NCBI GenBank assembly: GCA_963842525.1
Contig: CAWJGT010000019.1
Location: 352,001 to 416,000 of the forward strand
Source of the DNA: an uncultured Holophagales bacterium
GTDB taxonomy: Bacteria; Acidobacteriota; Thermoanaerobaculia; Multivoradales; UBA5704
Direction of reading: 5' to 3'
Length of the DNA stretch: 64,000 bases
The notes under the pieces were generated by a model. That model worked only from the letters and a program-made list of their open reading frames with translations, did no database searches and was not told the origin of the DNA. The position numbers and the translations under genes are program-made. Shown in pieces: positions 38,456-49,114 of the stretch (its first letter is position 1; each line of letters begins with the position of its first letter).

Positions 38456-38730
38456 TGGCGGTGGCGAGACTTAAACTGTTGCTTTGACATCCTAAGGCTT
38501 CGTTGCCTACCGGACATCGCGGTCCAGATCGCGCACTTCGCCCTCCATACCTGGGACGGCAGCGGCACCACACCCAGAACGGCGGACCTGGCTCGCACCT
38601 CTCCTCAGCGTACTATCGGCAACGCCGTCCGCTCTCGGCGGAGCGATGCCTCCACAAAGGGCGTACGGCACCAGGTCCGGCGGCATCGCCGCAGCGCCGA
38701 GCCTGCCGCGCACCGCACTCGAGGCCTCGC

Positions 38731-39010
38731 GGACCCGAGTCAACGTGGCGTTTCCTACAGTCAATGCTTGAAAGCCCCGGGTCCGCGGGCCGTTTCCTTT
38801 AGTCCATGCTACAGGGACCCGAGTCAATGGCCCGTTTCCTGTAGTACCTGCTACAGGGACCCGAGTCAACGTGCCATTTCCTTTAGTCAATGCTTGAGGG
38901 ACCCGAGTCAACGTGCCGTTTCCTTTAGTCCGTGCTACAGGGACCGCGGTCAACGAGGCGTTTCCTTTAGTCAATGCTTGAGGCACCGCGGTCCGCGAGG
39001 CTTGAAATGG
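38731..39010. repeat. 42-bp tandem repeat, ~6.5 copies
   Basis: Units start at 38731, 38773, 38815, 38857, 38899, 38941 and 38983; consensus GGACCCGAGTCAACGTGCCGTTTCCTTTAGTCAATGCTTGAG. Confidence 0.92.
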
Positions 39011-39320
39011 GGACCATGTCTCTCGGAGGCGACACAACGAGCCCTTGGACGAAGACGATGCCTCTTCGAGCGGGCCTGGGATGACGAAGGAAGCTCTCCT
39101 CGCCTGCTGCTGTGCACTCGGCCATCCTCACAATTTGGCGGCTTGGAGAGGTCGACGCACTGCCTGCAGGAACATACCCCGCACAGCTACACGCCACAAT
39201 CACAGGTAGCCCGCAACCGGATGACATCGGCAAGGTGGTCTTCGCCATTGACCGGGCTTTTCGCTTCGACCTCAAGAAGGTTCAACCTCAAAAGTAGGCG
39301 GCGAGGAGATGGGCGAGAAG

Positions 39321-39361
39321 AAAAGGGAGCCCGGAGCGCCATGCGGCGCCCCGGGCTTCCC
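39321..39361 (-). terminator. Rho-independent terminator for the second precursor gene
   Basis: gggagcccgg...ccgggcttccc hairpin followed by TTTT on the minus strand. Confidence 0.65.
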
Positions 39362-39387
39362 GGAAACCGTCGGGAGGCGGCTGGGCT

Positions 39388-39600
39388 TCACACCCCTTGG
39401 CAGTACCACTGACCGCACTCGGACGGGCAGCTCTGCTGGGTGATGGTGATGGGGCAGTTACAGTAGGTCACGAAGCAGGTCTGGGTCTGTGGGCAGATGC
39501 GCTCCGAGGCTCCCCCCTGAACGGCGGACATCTCCCCCGAGTTGAGGTACCGGAGGGTCTCACGGTTCAGGGTCAGGCGGAGTTTCACGGTCCTTTTCAT
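39388..39600 (-). CDS. Lanthipeptide-like RiPP precursor, 70 aa
   Basis: MKRTVKLRLTLNRETLRYLNSGEMSAVQGG-ASERICPQTQTCFVTYCNCPITITQQSCPSECGQWYCQGV. Confidence 0.85.
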   Translation of the reverse strand: MKRTVKLRLTLNRETLRYLNSGEMSAVQGGASERICPQTQTCFVTYCNCPITITQQSCPSECGQWYCQGV

Positions 39601-39870
39601 GACGGTCGGCTCTCTTTCCGATCCCGGGACGGATTTGTCCACGAGAGCTCCCGAAGAAGGGGGCTATAGAGGGATGCGGATTCCGGGCGCGAGAGGGGCC
39701 AAGCCCGCCGCAAAGAGATCTACCGCAAGTTCTCTTGAGCCCCGGAGAAGACCCCGCCGGGATGCTTATCGTCCTTCACCAGTCGCGTTGACTCTCTCAA
39801 GACGGGGGGCGTATCCTTCTTCAAGTTGAGGCTCTCGTGGAGGGTGCGTGATGCAGACCAGGATTTCAGC

Positions 39871-40335
39871 ATGCAACTAATCAGAGATCTCGAAAAGACC
39901 AGGGACGAGACGCTGCAACACTTCTCGCTCGACGAGCGTGACCTGGCGCGCACCTACTCGCCAGGCAAGTGGTCCGTCCGGTTTGTCCTCCACCACCTCG
40001 CTGATAGCGAGACGGTTCTCTTCGATCGCATTCGCCGAGTCCTCAGCGAACCTCGGCAGGTCCTTTGGGTCTTTGATGAGGATGCTTGGGCCAAGGGGCT
40101 CGACTATTCTCAAGTGCCCCTCGACATCTCGCGGCGGGTCTACGAATCGGTTCGCAATGCAATCATCTACTACGCCGGCCTGCACTACGAAAGCAAAGGC
40201 CACCTCGAGTTCGTGCACAGTGTGACGGGGGTGCGGACATTAAAGGATGAATTCGACAAGGTCGCCTCTCATAATGAGCATCACCTGGCCCAGATCAGGT
40301 TGGCGCTGCAGGGCTTTCCCGGTCCCCGGGGATGA
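39871..40335 (+). CDS. DinB/YfiT family protein
   Basis: [17 protein letters not shown]...FDEDAW...HNEHHLAQI. Confidence 0.88.
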   Translation: MQLIRDLEKTRDETLQHFSLDERDLARTYSPGKWSVRFVLHHLADSETVLFDRIRRVLSEPRQVLWVFDEDAWAKGLDYSQVPLDISRRVYESVRNAIIYYAGLHYESKGHLEFVHSVTGVRTLKDEFDKVASHNEHHLAQIRLALQGFPGPRG

Positions 40336-40547
40336 TGGGAAGCGACCGAGGGTTCCCCCAGGTCAATCTCGGCGAAGAATCGGCAACACGAGATGAGCAC
40401 GCGACCCTCGGCCTGAGCCCGAGCAAAGATGACCACGTCATCTTCCTTCTGAAGCCCATAGTCCCGCACATGAACCGCGTCGGAGCCGGCTTGCCGCAAG
40501 CCTTCGGCTACGAGCGGTGAGAGGGCGTTGTCGATCAGGAACTTCAC
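40281..40547 (-). pseudogene. DUF5615 PIN-like (VapC45-like) toxin, truncated after about 53 aa
   Basis: [11 protein letters not shown]...DAVHVRD...[18 protein letters not shown], then homology is lost before the expected D-x-D-F motif; runs into the DinB gene end. Confidence 0.7.
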
Positions 40548-40774
40548 GACGCCCGAAGGAGGGGGAGCTCGCGTTCGCGAACGGCTTCCGCGGCGAACAG
40601 AAGGGCTTCGCGGATGTCCTCGGCTTCGAGGTCCGGATAGGCTTCCAGGATCTCCTCAGTGCTCATCCGGTCTGCCAGCATCGCGACCACTGTCGCGACT
40701 GGGATGCGGAGCCCTCGGATACAAGGCGCGCCGCCCATCTGGGCTGGGGAGATCGTAATCCGTGTGAAGGTCAT
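40544..40774 (-). CDS. DUF433 antitoxin (VapB45-like)
   Basis: [22 protein letters not shown]...[19 protein letters not shown]. Confidence 0.92.
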   Translation of the reverse strand: MTFTRITISPAQMGGAPCIRGLRIPVATVVAMLADRMSTEEILEAYPDLEAEDIREALLFAAEAVRERELPLLRAS

Positions 40775-40896
40775 CCGTGTTCCTCCGTGCTTGATTCTAC
40801 CGCAACCTCCCCGCTTGGTGCAGGCCCCGGACATGCGGCCAGCGGGGCCACTGGGGTAGGATCGACGTCCTGATGAGGTCACTGGAGGTGAGCGAG

Positions 40897-41124
40897 ATGG
40901 AACCAAAGCCGGAAAGAGACGTCGAGAAGGGTTATCCAAAGGCAGACTTCGTCGCAAAATTGCGGCGCCTGGCGGACGCCATTGAGAATGGTGAGCGCTT
41001 CGAGATCCAGATTGCTGGCGAGCGCATCTATGTCCCTGTCAGGGCCACTTTCAACATCGAGCACGAGAGGTCCGATGGCGAAGAAGAGATCGAGTTTCAG
41101 ATCAAGTGGGAAGCGGTAGCCTAG
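40897..41124 (+). CDS. Amphi-Trp domain protein
   Basis: RBS ggaggtg; FVAKLRRLADAIE...IEHER...EEIEFQIKW. Confidence 0.85.
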   Translation: MEPKPERDVEKGYPKADFVAKLRRLADAIENGERFEIQIAGERIYVPVRATFNIEHERSDGEEEIEFQIKWEAVA

Positions 41125-41289
41125 CCCGTTCCCACTGTCCTCTCCGCCACCACGGTGTTCAGGGCGTCTCTCTCCCCGTCACCACAGCGGCATCGACCTC
41201 ACGCCCGGATCACCGCGGTCCGGCGCCGGTCGCCTGTCCCGTTCCCGCCAGGGCAGGTGCAGGCTGGCGAGGCCGGTGGGTGCGTTGAC

Positions 41290-41378
41290 CGGGGGTGTTG
41301 GGGGTGGCGGGGGCCTTGGAGACGCCCTGGCCGCGGTGGTTGCCACACGCGCGGTGGTCGCGGACTAGGGCGTCTACG
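41290..41378. repeat. Inverted copy of 38301-38390
   Basis: gggggccttggagacgccctggccgc...ggtggtcgcggactagggcgtctacg. Confidence 0.8.
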
Positions 41379-41579
41379 GGGTGGCCGGTGTGGTTGCGGC
41401 GGGGCCTGGCGGCCGGCATAACGTCTCTTCTTTCCGCTATTTACCGAATTTTTACACGTCTGGGCCGGTCCCCGGGATAACATATGGCCCCCGGTCTGCG
41501 TACACCAACCGGGTAGTAATGACGCCCGTGGTGTGCCAGTCGGACAGGGCCCGGAGATACGGGCAGGAGGAGCTCTCGG

Positions 41580-43818
41580 ATGGGATTGAGGCAATCGGTG
41601 GGGTCGAACGCGGTGCTTGTGCAGTCGCTGCGGCTGCTTCTGGTGGCGGGGATTCTTGCCGCCGGGCCCCTGGCCGGCGCGGAATGGCCGGCTTGGCGTG
41701 GGCCGGCGCAGACGGGCGTCTCGCCCGAGACCGGGCTGGTCTCGAAGTGGTCTCCGGCCGGGGAGAACCTGGTCTGGAGGGCGGACCTCGTCGGCCGCTC
41801 GACTCCGGTGGTCTTCGACGGCCGGGTGTGCGCCAACGGCCGCACCGGCGAGGGGATCACCAAGCAGGAGTACGTGGCCTGCTGGGACGCCGGCAGTGGC
41901 AAGAAGCTCTGGGAGCACTACCTCGACGTCTACCTCACCTCGGTCCCTTTCAACCGCGTGGGATGGGCCAGCGTGGTGGGCGACACCGAGACGGGCAACC
42001 TCTACGTCCACGGGGTCGGCGGTCTGCTGGTGGCGTTCGACCGCGCCGGCAAGATCGTCTGGCAGCGGTCGCTCACCGAGGAATTCGGCTTCTACTCGGG
42101 CTTCGGCGGGCGGACCCATACGCCGATGATCGACGAGGACCGGCTCGTCCTCTCCTTCGTGAACACGGGCTGGGGTGAGCAGGGGCCGCCGCGCAACCGT
42201 ACCTTCGCCTTCGACAAGAAGACGGGCGCGCTTCTCTGGGTCTCGACGCCGGGCGGCAACCCCTATGACCTGAACACCCAGACGACGCCGGTCGCGGCCG
42301 TCATCAACGGCCAACGCCTGCTCATCGAGGGGAACGTGGACGGCTGGGTGCATGCCATCAAGGCGCGCACCGGCGAGAAGGTCTGGAGCTTCCAGCTCAC
42401 CAAGGGCGGGATCAACACCACGGTGGTCGTCAACGGCACGATGGTCTATGCCGCGCACAGCGAGGAGAACCTGGACTCGGCGATCATGGGCCGGGTGGTG
42501 GCGATCGATGCCACGGGCACGGGCGACGTCACCAAGACCCACGAGCGCTGGCGGTCTGAAGGGCTCGGGGATGGCTTCCCCTCGCCCATGATCCACGACG
42601 GCCGGCTGTATGTGGTGGACAACTCGGCCAACCTCTTCGCGCTGGATGCCGCGACCGGCAAGGAGCTGTGGCGGCACAAGCTGGGGACGGTCGGCAAGGC
42701 GTCGCCCGTCTGGGCGGACGGCAAGATCTATGTCACCGAGACCAACGGGCGCTTCCACATCCTGAAGCCGAAGGCGGACGGGGTCGAGACGCTGGACATG
42801 GACGAGATCTCGGTGACCGATGCCGGCGGAACCCACTACGCCGAGATCTACGGCTCGCCCGCCATCGCCTACGGCCGCATCTATTTCACGGCGGAGTCGG
42901 GGATCTACTGCCTCGGCGACAAGTCGAAGCCGTTCCAGGTCACCCGTGACAAGCCGGCCGTGCTGCCCGGGGAGGCCGCCGCGAAGGGTGCGCCGGCGGT
43001 CCTCCAGGTGGTCCCGGCGGAGGTGCTGATCCGGCCGGGCGAGACGGCGCGGTTCGAGGTGCGCGCCTTCGACGCTCAGGGCCGCTCTGTGCCTGTCTCC
43101 GGACGCTCCGGAGTGGGCGCTCCAGGGGCTCGCCGGTAAGGTCGAGGGCGGCGCCTTCACGGGCGAGGCGGGTCGCCCGCAGGCCGGCAAGGTGGCGGCG
43201 AAGCTCGGTGGGCTGGAGGCGGCGGCCCGGGTGCGCGTCGTCCCTCCTCTCCCGTGGAGCTACGACTTCGAAGCCGTCGAGGTCGGCAAGACGCCGCCCT
43301 GGTGGATCGGCGCCGGCCTCAAGTTCCCGGTCAAGGAGATGGATGGCGGGAAGGTCCTCTCGAAGCCCCCGGTGGCGGTGGGGCTTGACCGTTCGGACGT
43401 CTTCCTGGGTCCCCCGGCGCTCTCCAACTACACCATCCAGGCGGACCTGCGAGGTGCGATCAAGGGACGGCGCCGGCCCGACGTGGGCCTGGTCAACGGC
43501 GGCTACACGCTCGACCTGATGGGCGCGCACCAGAAGGTGCAACTGCGCGCCTGGGCCTCCGAGCTGCGGCTGGAGAAGTCGGTCGACTTCAAGTGGGACC
43601 CCGACATCTGGTACACGATGAAGTTCCGGGTCGACCAGCAGGGAAATAAAGCCTTGCTTCGCGGCAAGGTCTGGCCCACGGGCCAGCCGGAGCCGGCGGA
43701 GTGGACGATCACCGCCGAAGACCCCAAGCCGGTCCGCCAGGGGAGCCCCGGGATCTACGGGTACTCGGCCGCCGAGATCTATTACGACAACCTGAAGGTG
43801 ATGGGAAACCAGCAATGA
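41580..43818 (+). CDS. Exported PQQ-like beta-propeller protein with C-terminal beta-sandwich domains (frameshift near 43098)
   Basis: EWPAWRGP, repeated A.D..TG..LW and SP motifs; continues as ORF 43192-43818. Confidence 0.85.
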
Positions 43819-45284
43819 CCACGAAGATAAAAGGTTTTGTCCAGGGCGGCCTGTTGGCGGCGGCTCTCCTGACGGCGGCTAGCAGCGGGGCGCAGGTGGA
43901 GATGTTCGGCGGCGATCCGTCGCGCAACATGGCGTCGGACGAGAAGGGGCTGCCCACGAAGTTCGATCCCGAGTCCGGCCTGAACATCAAGTGGTCGGCC
44001 GCGCTCGGCTCGCAGAGCTACGGCGGCCCGATCGTGGCCGGCGGCAAGGTGTACGTCGGCACCAACAACGAAGGGCTGCGCAACCCCAAGCTGACCGGCG
44101 ATCGCGGGGTGCTCATGGCCTTCAATGCCGCCGATGGCAAGTTCATTTGGCAGGCGGCCTATCCCAAGCTGCCGGCGGGCCGGGTCAACGACTGGCCGCT
44201 GCAGGGGATCTGCTCGAGCCCTGCCGTGGAGGGCGACCGGATCTATTACGTGTCGAACCGCGCCGAGGTGGTCTGCGCCGACACCGAAGGTTTCCTCGAC
44301 AAGGAGAACGACGGCCCGATCGCCAATGAGGCCGAGAAGAGCGATATCGACGAGGACGTGGTCTGGAAGTACGACATGATCGCCGAGCTCGACGTCTTCC
44401 CGCACAACCTGGCGGCCGGCAATCCGCTGATCGTGGACGACATGCTCTTCACGGTGACCGGCAACGGCGTGGACGAGGGGCACATCAACATCCCGTCGCC
44501 GACCTCGCCGAGCTTCATCGCGCTCGACAAGAAGACGGGCAAGCTCCTCTGGGAGAATTCGCTGCCCGGCGAGAAGATCCTGCACGGCCAGTGGTCGAAT
44601 CCCTCCTACGGCGTGATCAAGGGCAAGCCGCAGGTCGTGTTCGCCGGCGGCAACGGCTGGATCTATTCGTTCGAGCCCAAGACCGGCAAGCTGATCTGGA
44701 GCTTCGACTGCAACCCCAAGGACGCGATCTGGAAGATCGGCGGCGCGGGCACGCGCAACTACATCATCGCCACGCCGGTGATCTATGACGACAAGGTCTA
44801 TCTCGGCGTCGGCCAGGACCCCGAGCACGGCGAGGGGATCGGCCATCTCTGGGTGGTCGATGCAACGCAGGAGGGTGACGTCACCGGCAAGGCCGTGGTC
44901 TGGCACCGCGGCGGCGAGGACTTCCACCGCACGCTCTCGACCGTGGCGATCGCCGACGGCATCGTCTACGCGTCCGACCTCACCGGTCACCTCCATGCTC
45001 TCGACGCCAAGACCGGGGAGGAGCTCTGGGTCTATGACGCGTTCGCCGCGATCTGGGGCTCTCCCTTCGTCGCCGACGGCAAGGTCTACCTGGGGGACGA
45101 GGACGGCGACATCGTGGTGCTGCGCGCGGGCAAGAAGAAGGAGCTGCTGCACGAGGTGAACATGGGCAGCTCGGTCTACACCACGCCGGTGGCCAAGGAC
45201 GGCGTCCTCTACATCAACACCCGGGCGAAGCTCTTCGCCATCGCCGAGGGCGCCGGCAAGCAGCCGGAGCCGAAGAAACCGTGA
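43815..45284 (+). CDS. Exported PQQ-like beta-propeller protein
   Basis: ATGA overlap; MFGGDPSRNM, GKVYVGTNN, ALDKKTGKLLW, WGSPFVADGKVYLG. Confidence 0.88.
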   Translation: MTTKIKGFVQGGLLAAALLTAASSGAQVEMFGGDPSRNMASDEKGLPTKFDPESGLNIKWSAALGSQSYGGPIVAGGKVYVGTNNEGLRNPKLTGDRGVLMAFNAADGKFIWQAAYPKLPAGRVNDWPLQGICSSPAVEGDRIYYVSNRAEVVCADTEGFLDKENDGPIANEAEKSDIDEDVVWKYDMIAELDVFPHNLAAGNPLIVDDMLFTVTGNGVDEGHINIPSPTSPSFIALDKKTGKLLWENSLPGEKILHGQWSNPSYGVIKGKPQVVFAGGNGWIYSFEPKTGKLIWSFDCNPKDAIWKIGGAGTRNYIIATPVIYDDKVYLGVGQDPEHGEGIGHLWVVDATQEGDVTGKAVVWHRGGEDFHRTLSTVAIADGIVYASDLTGHLHALDAKTGEELWVYDAFAAIWGSPFVADGKVYLGDEDGDIVVLRAGKKKELLHEVNMGSSVYTTPVAKDGVLYINTRAKLFAIAEGAGKQPEPKKP

Positions 45285-45291
45285 GACCGGA

Positions 45292-46388
45292 ATGGTGGAC
45301 ACCCTGACGCAATCCCCTCTCGCCGCAAAGGTGGCCGCGGCGCGCGACCGCCTCGACGCCCATGTGCGCGAGATGGTCGCCTGGCACTTCGACCCGGCGA
45401 CCGGCTGCCCGTTCTGGCTGGAGCGCGCGGCGAGCCTCGGCTTCGATCCCCGCAAAGAGGTGCGCGGGTACGACGATCTCAAGCTGTTCGGTCACTTCGA
45501 GGACTCGTGGCTGCGCGGCGGCCCGGTGCGGCGGTGGATGCCCAAAGGCTTCGAGGGCCGGCCGGCGCATGTCTTCGAGACCGGCGGCTCGACCGGAGTG
45601 CCCAAGACGCGGGTCAACATCGAGGACTTCCGGATCGATTATGAGATGTACAGCGACAGCCTGTCCGAGGAGGGTTTTCCGCACGGCGCGGACTGGCTGA
45701 TGCTGGGGCCCACCGGGCCGCGCCGCCTGCGCCTGGCGGTCGAGCACCTGGCGCAGCACCGCGGCGGCATCTGCTTCCACGTCGACCTCGATCCGCGCTG
45801 GGTCAACAAGCTGATCAAGGACGGCCGGCCGCGCGAGCTGGCGGCGTACAAGGCGCATGTGATCGAGCAGGGGCTCACGGTCCTGCGCGCTCACGACATC
45901 CGGTGCCTGTTCACCACGCCCAAGCTGCTGGAAGCGCTGTGCGAACGGATCTCGCTCCAGAAGGCGGGCATCCGCGGCATCTTCTGCGGCGGCACCGAAA
46001 TGAATGCTCAATTCCACCGCTTCGCCCGCGAGGAGCTGGTGCCGGGGATCGACTTCGTCCCCACCTATGGCAACACGCTGATGGGGCTCGCCCGCTCGCT
46101 GCCGTACGATCCCGCGGCAAAGGAGCCGTGGGCCATCACCTACTATCCGCCGGCGCCGCGCGCGGTGTTCGAGCTGGTGAAACCTGATGATCCCGAGACG
46201 CCGGTCGAATATGGGGAGACCGGGCGGGTGATGCTGACCACGCTGACCCATGATTTCTTCATGCCGCGCTTCCTCGAGCGCGATGAGGGGGAGCGGGCCG
46301 AGCCCACGGAGCGCTTCCCTGGGACGGCGTGCGCAACCTGCGGCTTCTGTCGTCGCTCCAGGAATCGGTCATCGTGGGAGTCTATTGA
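45292..46388 (+). CDS. ANL-superfamily (PaaK/LuxE-like) adenylate-forming enzyme (frameshift near 46320)
   Basis: ETGGSTGVPK P-loop, PTYGNT, GETGRVMLTTL, FLERD; corrected end FPWDGVRNLRLLSSLQESVIVGVY* overlapping the next ATG. Confidence 0.7.
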
Positions 46389-47960
46389 TGCTCCAGCTTC
46401 CGATCCTCCGCGCCGGTCAGGCCTATCACAGCCTCGACAAGGCACCCTTGCGTGATGCACGCACGGGGGAGACGTTGGCCGAGGTGTCGCAGGCGAACCC
46501 CGGTCTGATCGCGCGGGATCTCAAAGATATCGAGGCGAGCGGCCGGGCGCTCCGGGAGCTGGGCACCGCCGAGCTGGTGGCGATCTGCCGCCGGGCCGCG
46601 GCTCTCTTCATGGAAGCCGATCTGCCGCTGAATGACAATGTTTTGCAATCCCCGGCCGACTACGTGCGCCGGCTCTCCGCCACCTCGGGGCTGCCCGAGA
46701 CGCTCTGCCGCGCCAACATGGAGAAGGTCCGTGCCACGCTCGACGGCATGGAGGCGGTGCTCGACGGGTTGACGCGCGGGCTCGATCCCGCCGTGCTCGA
46801 CACGGGCTGGGGCTGGCAGGACGGCCGGAGGCTCGAGCTATCTCCGCCAGGCCGATGTGCTGGGAGCGATCCTGCCCAGCAACTCGCCGGGCGTCAACAC
46901 TCTCTGGATGCCGGCGATCGCGCTCGGCATGCCGGTGGCGCTCAAGCCCGGCCGCGAGGAGCCCTGGACGCCGCTGCGCATCGTCCGCGCCCTCGCCGCC
47001 GCAGGCTGTCCGCCGCAGGCGCTGGGCTTCTACCCGACCGATCACGCCGGCGCCTCCGAGATCCTGCTGCGCTGCGGCCGGTCGCTCCTCTTCGGCGACG
47101 CGGGGACGGTCGGTCCCTGGCGCGACGATCCGAGGGTGCAGATCCACGGCCCCGGCTTCAGCAAGGTGATCTTTGGAGACGATCAGCTTCCGGTCTGGGA
47201 AGCGTACCTCGACCTGCTCGTCGCCAGCATTGCGGACAATGGCGGACGCTCGTGCCTGAACGCCTCAGGGGTCTGGGTGCCGCAGGGCGGGCGGGGGCGC
47301 GAGATGGCCGAGGCGCTCGCCGGCCGGCTGGCGGCCATCGAGGCGCGCCCGCTGGACGATCCCGCTGCACGGCTCGCGGCTTTTACCCGGCCCGAGACGG
47401 CGCAATGGATCTCGGAACGGATCGACCGGATGCTGAGCATCCCGGGCGCCGTGGACCTCACAGCGAAGATGCGCGGGAGCGGGCGCGTGGCGGAGGCCGG
47501 CGGCTGCACGTTCCTGCTGCCGACCCTGATCTGGTGCGACGACGCGGACCATCCGCTGGCCAACACGGAGCTGCTGTTCCCCTTTGCCGGCGCCGTCGAG
47601 GTGCCGCGGGAAGAACTGCTCGACCGGATCGGCCCTTCGCTGGTGGTGACGGCGCTCACCGAAGACCCGGCCTTCCAGCGCGAGCTGCTCGGCAGTCCGT
47701 GGATCGACCGGCTGAACCTGGGCGCGGTTCCGACCTCGCGGATCGCCTACGACCAGCCGCACGAGGGGAATTTGTTCCAGCACCTTTATCGGCAGCGGGC
47801 GTTCCAGAGCCCTCACCCCCCTGGCCCCCCTCTCCCATCCTCACACCCTATCCCCCGGGAGAGGGGGGAAGAGAGCAGTCCCCAACTCCCCTCTCCCGGT
47901 GGCTCGGGTGTGCGGATGGGAGAAGGGCCGGGGGTGAGGGGCCCGGAGGCTCAGCCATGA
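46388..47960 (+). CDS. Aldehyde dehydrogenase-family (acylating/LuxC-like) reductase (frameshift near 46835; REP-derived C-terminal tail)
   Basis: ILPSNSP, ALKPGREEP, HGPGFSK, NGGRSCLNAS (catalytic Cys), ELLFP. Confidence 0.8.
47810..47941. repeat. Paired family-A REP in frame in the 3' end of the ALDH gene
   Basis: ccctcacccccctggcccccctctccc...gggagagggg...cccctctccc...gggccgggggtgagggg. Confidence 0.9.
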
Positions 47961-49114
47961 TGGCGGCCCAGGTCATGGCTGCGGCGCCGGTGGGCACCGA
48001 GTCCTGGAGCGCCGAGATCGGCTCGATCCGGGTCCATTTCGGTCCGGGGTCGATCGAGCAGCTCGGCGACCTTGCTCGTGAGATGGGCGGGAGCCGCGTG
48101 CTGGTGGTCACCGATCCCGGAGTGCGCGCGGCGGGGTATGCCGAGCGGGCCATGCGGGTGCTGCAGGGGGAAGGGATCGAGGCCTCCGTTTTCGATCAGG
48201 TTTCGGAAAATCCCACGACGGTGGACGTGGAGGCAGGCCGGGATTTCGCCGCGGAACGGCGGATCGACCTGGTGGTCGGGCTGGGCGGCGGCAGCGCCAT
48301 GGATTGCGCCAAGGGGATCAATTTCCTTTTGACCAACGGCGGACGCATGGAGGACTACCTCGGCTTCGGCAAGGCTTCGCGGCCGATGCTGCCGTCGATC
48401 GGCGTGCCCACCACGGCCGGCACCGGTAGCGAGGCGCAGTCCTATGCGTTGATCTCGCAGGCGGAGACTCACCGCAAGATGGCCTGCGGCGACCGCAAGG
48501 CGCGCTTCCGTGAGGTGATCCTCGACCCGGACTTCTGCGCAACGGCGCCCCAGAGGGTGCGGGCCGCGACGGGGATCGATGCCGTCTCCCACGCGGTCGA
48601 GAGCTTCGTCTGCACCCGCGCGAACCCGGTCTCGCGGATGTTTGCGCGCGAGGCCTGGCACCTCCTGCAGCGGAGCTTCGACATCTCGTCGTCGGGTCCG
48701 GGTCCACTTGGCGACATGCTGATGGGCGCCCACCTCGCCGGCGCCGCCATCGAGGGCTCGATGCTGGGCGCGGCCCACGCCTGCGCCAATCCGCTGACCG
48801 CCCGTTTCGGCGTTGTGCACGGCGTGGCCGTGGGGCTGATGCTGCCGCACGTGGTCCGCTTCAACGGCGAGGTCGCCGCGGAGCTGTACCGGGATCTGTC
48901 GGGCGGCTCGGCCGAGGTCCTGGTCCGGCGGATCGAGGAGCTGCGGTCCGCGGCGGGCCTGCCCACCCGGCTGCGCGATGCTCTCGGCAGGGACCTGGAC
49001 CGGCAGACCCTTCGCGAGCTGGCCGAGGACGCGGCAGGGCAGTGGACGGCACGCTTCAATCCGCGTCCGGTGGAGGCGGGGGATCTGCTTCGGCTGTACG
49101 AGGTGGCGTTGTGA
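47957..49114 (+). CDS. Iron-containing alcohol dehydrogenase
   Basis: GLGGGSAMDCAK, PTTAGTGSE, DAVSHAVE, HACANPL, HGVAVG. Confidence 0.93.
   Translation: MMAAQVMAAAPVGTESWSAEIGSIRVHFGPGSIEQLGDLAREMGGSRVLVVTDPGVRAAGYAERAMRVLQGEGIEASVFDQVSENPTTVDVEAGRDFAAERRIDLVVGLGGGSAMDCAKGINFLLTNGGRMEDYLGFGKASRPMLPSIGVPTTAGTGSEAQSYALISQAETHRKMACGDRKARFREVILDPDFCATAPQRVRAATGIDAVSHAVESFVCTRANPVSRMFAREAWHLLQRSFDISSSGPGPLGDMLMGAHLAGAAIEGSMLGAAHACANPLTARFGVVHGVAVGLMLPHVVRFNGEVAAELYRDLSGGSAEVLVRRIEELRSAAGLPTRLRDALGRDLDRQTLRELAEDAAGQWTARFNPRPVEAGDLLRLYEVAL

Noticed and set aside
38731-39010. CRISPR array
   Set aside because: Head-to-tail 42-bp units without unique spacers
38967-39297. Short ORFs on either strand (MAKTT... 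on minus; ...GKVVFAIDRAFRFDLKK on plus)
   Set aside because: Possibly a gene fragment, but there is no credible start or family match; resemblance to the 9300 protein is too weak
46250-49114. 954-aa ALDH-ADH (AdhE-like) fusion
   Set aside because: Artefact of the frameshift near 46835. The ALDH continues in ORF 46857-47960 and the ADH has its own ATG at 47957.
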